Assembly: GCA_965240325.2 (NCBI GenBank)
Contig: OZ251222.1
Coordinates: 3,596,001-3,660,000 of the forward strand
DNA from: Rebecca billardiae RCC1528
Lineage: Eukaryota > Protista > Haptophyta
Direction: 5' to 3'
DNA length: 64,000 nt
The position numbers and the translations under genes are program-made. Below are positions 59,713-64,000 of this stretch, piece after piece. Position 1 is the stretch's first letter. Each line of letters begins with the position of its first letter. The notes under the pieces were generated by a model, which saw only the letters and a list, made by a program, of their open reading frames with translations, had not been told where the DNA came from and did not search any database.

Positions 59713-61109
59713 ATTATACTACTATAGCAGATGACTACGTACGCAGCCTGTTAGACCGTCACGATTGACTCAGTGAGCCTCGACGAATGAGTCGAAAGTC
59801 ACTCAAATCGGCGCCGACACTCTCGGACACCGAGGTACTGATGTCTGATGGTCGTCACTCGCCGACCCGACTAAGTAGTACTGAGTCGGACTAACTGTCG
59901 TACAGACTGATTCCGATGACTAGCAGTGACTTCTGTATCGACGAGCTTCTTTGTCTCAGAGCAGCGCGTCGACCCGACGACCGTGCGTGTATTTTCCTTT
60001 CCGAACAGGCGCGTCATCCTTAGTCTATTATTAATAATTAAAGTAGTTGATTCTGCATCACGGTGCGGTTACTGTTCGGAGAGCGTGCGATGAAGGATGG
60101 CGCGGCAACCTGCCACCGTGAGCCTTACGCACGTTAAAACAAATAAACTGTATCGTGATGATGTTTTTTAAAGTCATCTGACTGGCAGCAAGTCCTGACG
60201 TCCAGCGAATTCTCTGTGTTAGTGGCTGCCGGCAGCGTTGCCAGCGTGAAAGAAAGCAAGTGCGATCAGTTTGATCTCGAGCGTCAGGAAGCACATGTAT
60301 TACCGACGGCCCGAGCAACACGGCCGAGGGGACGACCAGCAGGCTCTACACCGCGCGACCCTACTCAGAGTACTCGGGCGCGTACTCGCGGGGCCGGTGG
60401 ACGTGGTTCCAAGCGCGTCCGAGGGCAGCGTTCCGAGAGCAGCGTATGCGCGACCTCGAATGTCGCGCCATCGCTGGACCGTCACCCCGATGTGCTACCG
60501 AGCATACCGTAAATGCCGACGACGAAGACCCCGCGGCCATCGCCGGGACAAGCCCTTGGCCGGGAGGCCGTCCGGCGGCGCTTCAGTCAAGGTCTGGAGC
60601 CACTCTTGGCTTGTGTTCAAGCATCGATTCAGTGCTATAATCAACAGTGATGAACTGTGATTCATTGTCAACGCCTTGTTCACAAAGCTGACGAATGGAG
60701 CCCGCCCCGAAGCTGGCAATTCTGTAGCAGCGACGAATCAGAGAGCACCTTTTGCAAAGGAGACATCAGATGTTTTTTTCCGAAACGACATTGTCGCTCA
60801 TACGTGGAGTCGTGGACCCGCAACCACCCAACGAAAGAATCAAGGGCACTTCAGATTTTTCCGCAGAAACACCATCATGACACATTTGATTCCATACATA
60901 ATAGGCGAGTGCATCCCGAAGATGACGTCACCTTCGGGGCGACGAACCTCAAAACCAGATCAACCGCGAGATGCCGATCTTGTGCGCGAACGAAGGCGGG
61001 CAACCGACCACGAAGGGCCGCAAACTTCGCGGCTGGCTCGGTCTTCGGAGCTCGCGCACGCCCGAGCCCCTCCCCCCGGTCCTCTCCGAGCGCCCAACGC
61101 CTCCGAGCC

Positions 61110-62593
61110 ATGTCCCGCGACGCGTCGCCCTCCGCCGAGCGCATCGAGCCGTCGACGCCGACCGACGTCATCCTCATTGGCTGCGGCGTGCCCTTCACCA
61201 GCGTCGGCGCCGTGCACCTCCGCCAGCTTCTCGAGGAGCCGACGATTTCGGGGCGCGCGCACGTGGTTGGCGTGGTCGAGCCGTTCCTCCTCGCGCCGGA
61301 GAACGCGGCCAAGGCGGAGGAGACGGGGTTCGCCGACTTCCAGGGGCGGGTGGCGCGCGACCACCCCGACGTTGTCTTCGCGCCGTCCATCGCCACCCTT
61401 GGGTCACGTGCGCACGCTGGCGAGCGGCCGTGCATCGCGTTCGTGGCAACTCGCACGCTCGACGTGCCCAAGCACATCGATGCGCTGATCGCCAACAACG
61501 CCCAGCTCGGCGTGACGCATCTCTACCTGGAGAAGCCGGGTGCCATCGACGTCCCCACGCTCAAGCATCTCAAGGCTAAGCTCGACGTGCGCGCCCGCGC
61601 CTCGCTGCGCCGCCATGCGGCCGTGCGTTGCGCCTGAAGGGCCCTGACACTCACGCCGTGCGGATTCTCCCTGCAACACCTCGCCCGCAGGCTGCCGGCA
61701 TCGCGACGTGCATTGGGTACAACAAGTGCGTTGCCAAGTACACCGACATGGCGCTCACCTGCGCGCACAGCAGCCAGGGGCCCGTGGACGTGACGCTCGT
61801 GCACCACAACGACTACGCCTCCGACTCGCTGCCTGAGGTCTTTGAGCGCTGCGGCGAGGGCATGCTCAAGAACATGGCCTGCCACGAGCTCTCGCTTGCG
61901 GTCTGTGCCTTTGGCCTTCGCGCTGTGGACATCCGTGAGAAGGATGGCGCGCCGAGCGTCACGATCGACACCGCGAACTCGTCGCTCGAGACGCACGGCG
62001 GCCGCACCGACTGGGCACGCCTCGCCTTCACCGTGCACCTCGGCTCGCGCGACGAGCCGGCCAGCGACGACGGCACCGACGCACCGTCGGAGGAGCGGGG
62101 GGAGGCACCGAACGTCCGCTCGATCAAGCTCGTCGAGGACCGCTGCGCTGGCGACTCGTCCGCGATCCGCATCGGCACTGACGAAGCCCTGCCCAAGCAG
62201 TTTGACTGGCCGCTCGCAGAGGAGCGCGAGGCGGTGGGCTCGCTGCTCAAAGCCGAGCCGACGATGCGCACCATCCTCGCCGTGGCGTACCCGACTTACC
62301 TGGAGGCCAAGCAGCGGGTCTTTGCGCACATCGAGTCGACGTGGCGCGCCGATGGCTGCAGCGAGGTGGTGGCGGACGGCGAGGGTGGGTGTGTGACGCC
62401 GCGATCTGCTGCGTGGCCAGCAGGCATCTGCTCACTGTCGGACGCGCTCACCGTGCTGGAGATCATCGAGAAGCTCGAGCCTATGCTGCGCGAGCAGGTG
62501 GGCGTCAAGCAGCCCTCGCTCAACAGCCTCACCAACCTGTCCACGCTCTCGCTCGCCAGCACCGTGCACAACTCGACGCCTACTGCCACCTGA
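61110..62593 (+). CDS. Gfo/Idh/MocA-like NAD(P)-dependent oxidoreductase
   Basis: Rossmann VILIGCG, HLYLEKPG, IGYNK and NMACHEL. Intron 61587-61690. Confidence 0.8.
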
Positions 62594-63270
62594 GCGGTTC
62601 GGCCCCGCTCCGGGGGCGCGGAGGCGGCCGGGAGGCTGCACTGCTGTGACGAACCGTCAGGCGCGGTCAGCATCTATCACTATCTGCATCGCGGGCCACA
62701 TCGGCAGTCGTCAGGCTTCAGCAGTCAGAATTCGGCACCGGCTTCGCGTCGACAGTATATATATCTAGCTGCCAGCTGGCGTCTCTGGCTCTGTCTCTCT
62801 CTCGGCTCTCTCTAGCTCTCTAGTCTCTCTCTCAGTCTCACTTCTCAGAGTCTCAGACAGACAGACTCTCTCTCTCAAGCTAGGACCCTCTACTTCCACG
62901 ACGTATCGATCGTGCGGTATCGTCCGGCGGACGAGTCGTCGCTCACGGCTCAGCCGATCATCACTACGAAGCCGGCCTTGAAACGACCAATCAAACGCTT
63001 CTGGACCGTTGACGCGGCCGCCTCAGTGACTCACTCGGCCCTCACTCCTCACTCAGGCTCCGGGACCGGGGGCCGCGGGCGCTCCGAAGGCCGCCCCTCA
63101 CAGTCGCGGAGTGTCGTCAAACATATCAATGCTTGACTCAGCCCCTCACTCAGAGCAGTGAACACTTGACTCAGCGACTCTGTCTCAGACATCGTGCGTA
63201 GCTACTCACGTCTCACTGCGTACAATGAACAATGCGTACAATTACATGCCGCCTCCCGCTCGCCGAGTAG

Positions 63271-64000
63271 CTAAGACGACGACGAGACGATGCGCTCGAC
63301 CATGGTGCCGTCGGCGATAGAGCTGCAGAGGCACGCATTGCACACAATGCCCGCGCCTCGCACCCACACGAGGCGCTGCTGACCCTCCCCCGCGGCTGCG
63401 CACTGCGCCCCAAGGTTCCAGCCGCACTGGCTCATGCCGGTCCCCGCCTCCGCGCGCGCGCGCCCAGCCTGCTCGGCCAGATCGGCTTGCGACGGAACCG
63501 CCTCGATGGCAGCGTCAAGCCTGTGCTCGCTCAGCGCCGCTTCGACTCCGAGCGAAATGTCGTGCGCCTTCGACGCAACCCAAAGCATCCACGAGCCGTC
63601 ACTCGCTGCGTTGGTGCGCTGGAGCATCATGCGCGCGTGCTGCTCGATGCGCACCGGCTCGCCGTGCTCTCCGGTGTCCCAAGCGCCACCGCTCGCGGAG
63701 ACTAGGCCAGGGAATGCGCCGAACTCGAAGAACGGGGTGTAGCCCGGCTGCGTCTGATACACCATGCGCTCGAGCGTCGCCAGCTCCGTCTGCAGGCGCG
63801 CCTCGTACGCGTCATCGCCCGCGCAAAGAGCAACAGACGGGCGTGAGTCCTGGTCGTGCTTTGCCAGCGCCCGCGCGGTGGTGCCGAGGGCATTGAGGGA
63901 GTCGCCGATGGCCTGCAGCCATTGCGCCTCGAAGACTTTCGTGGGCGTACGCTTCTGCACGCGATAGGCGCGCGCGCTCTTCTCGAGCGCGACGCGGTGG
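63271..64000 (-). CDS. Hypothetical protein, 5' part beyond the window end
   Basis: Open, coding-biased minus frame running to the window edge. True 3' end uncertain. Confidence 0.45.
   Translation of the reverse strand, partial: HRVALEKSARAYRVQKRTPTKVFEAQWLQAIGDSLNALGTTARALAKHDQDSRPSVALCAGDDAYEARLQTELATLERMVYQTQPGYTPFFEFGAFPGLVSASGGAWDTGEHGEPVRIEQHARMMLQRTNAASDGSWMLWVASKAHDISLGVEAALSEHRLDAAIEAVPSQADLAEQAGRARAEAGTGMSQCGWNLGAQCAAAGEGQQRLVWVRGAGIVCNACLCSSIADGTMVERIVSSSS

Noticed and set aside
60058-61000. Possible transposase fragment in an AT-richer tract
   Set aside because: Short broken frames with no catalytic motif recognised.

Overview
Eukaryotic, very GC-rich, gene-dense nuclear DNA with short introns that mostly begin GTGCGC and end in CAG/TAG. 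The style suggests an alga or protist, possibly a haptophyte; this is an inference and not shown. (1) Bases 1-13,004 hold the 5' part of a giant minus-strand, probably secreted gene. Long extensin-like (Ser-Pro3) rods alternate with three near-identical seven-repeat RCC1/BLIP-II-like propeller modules, each carrying the same four introns. (2) About 15-31 kb is rich in transposons: a foldback element with 7-bp TSD (second copy at 47.6-48.7 kb), a second foldback, TA-flanked CAGTTTACT termini, and a 5'-truncated RNase H-bearing non-LTR retrotransposon inserted into one such terminus beside an SCP2 gene. (3) About 31-59 kb is housekeeping genes, often head-to-head: DUF1348, MCM7, ALKBH8-like, F-box/LON-N, SURF1, proteasome beta-2, WD40, WRAP73, a bacterial-type aliphatic amidase, LplA-like and F-box/RCC1. 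Two inverted copies of a 1.27-kb repeat bracket this block. Most long GC-rich ORFs in the supplied track are shadow frames. Exon boundaries were read by eye.
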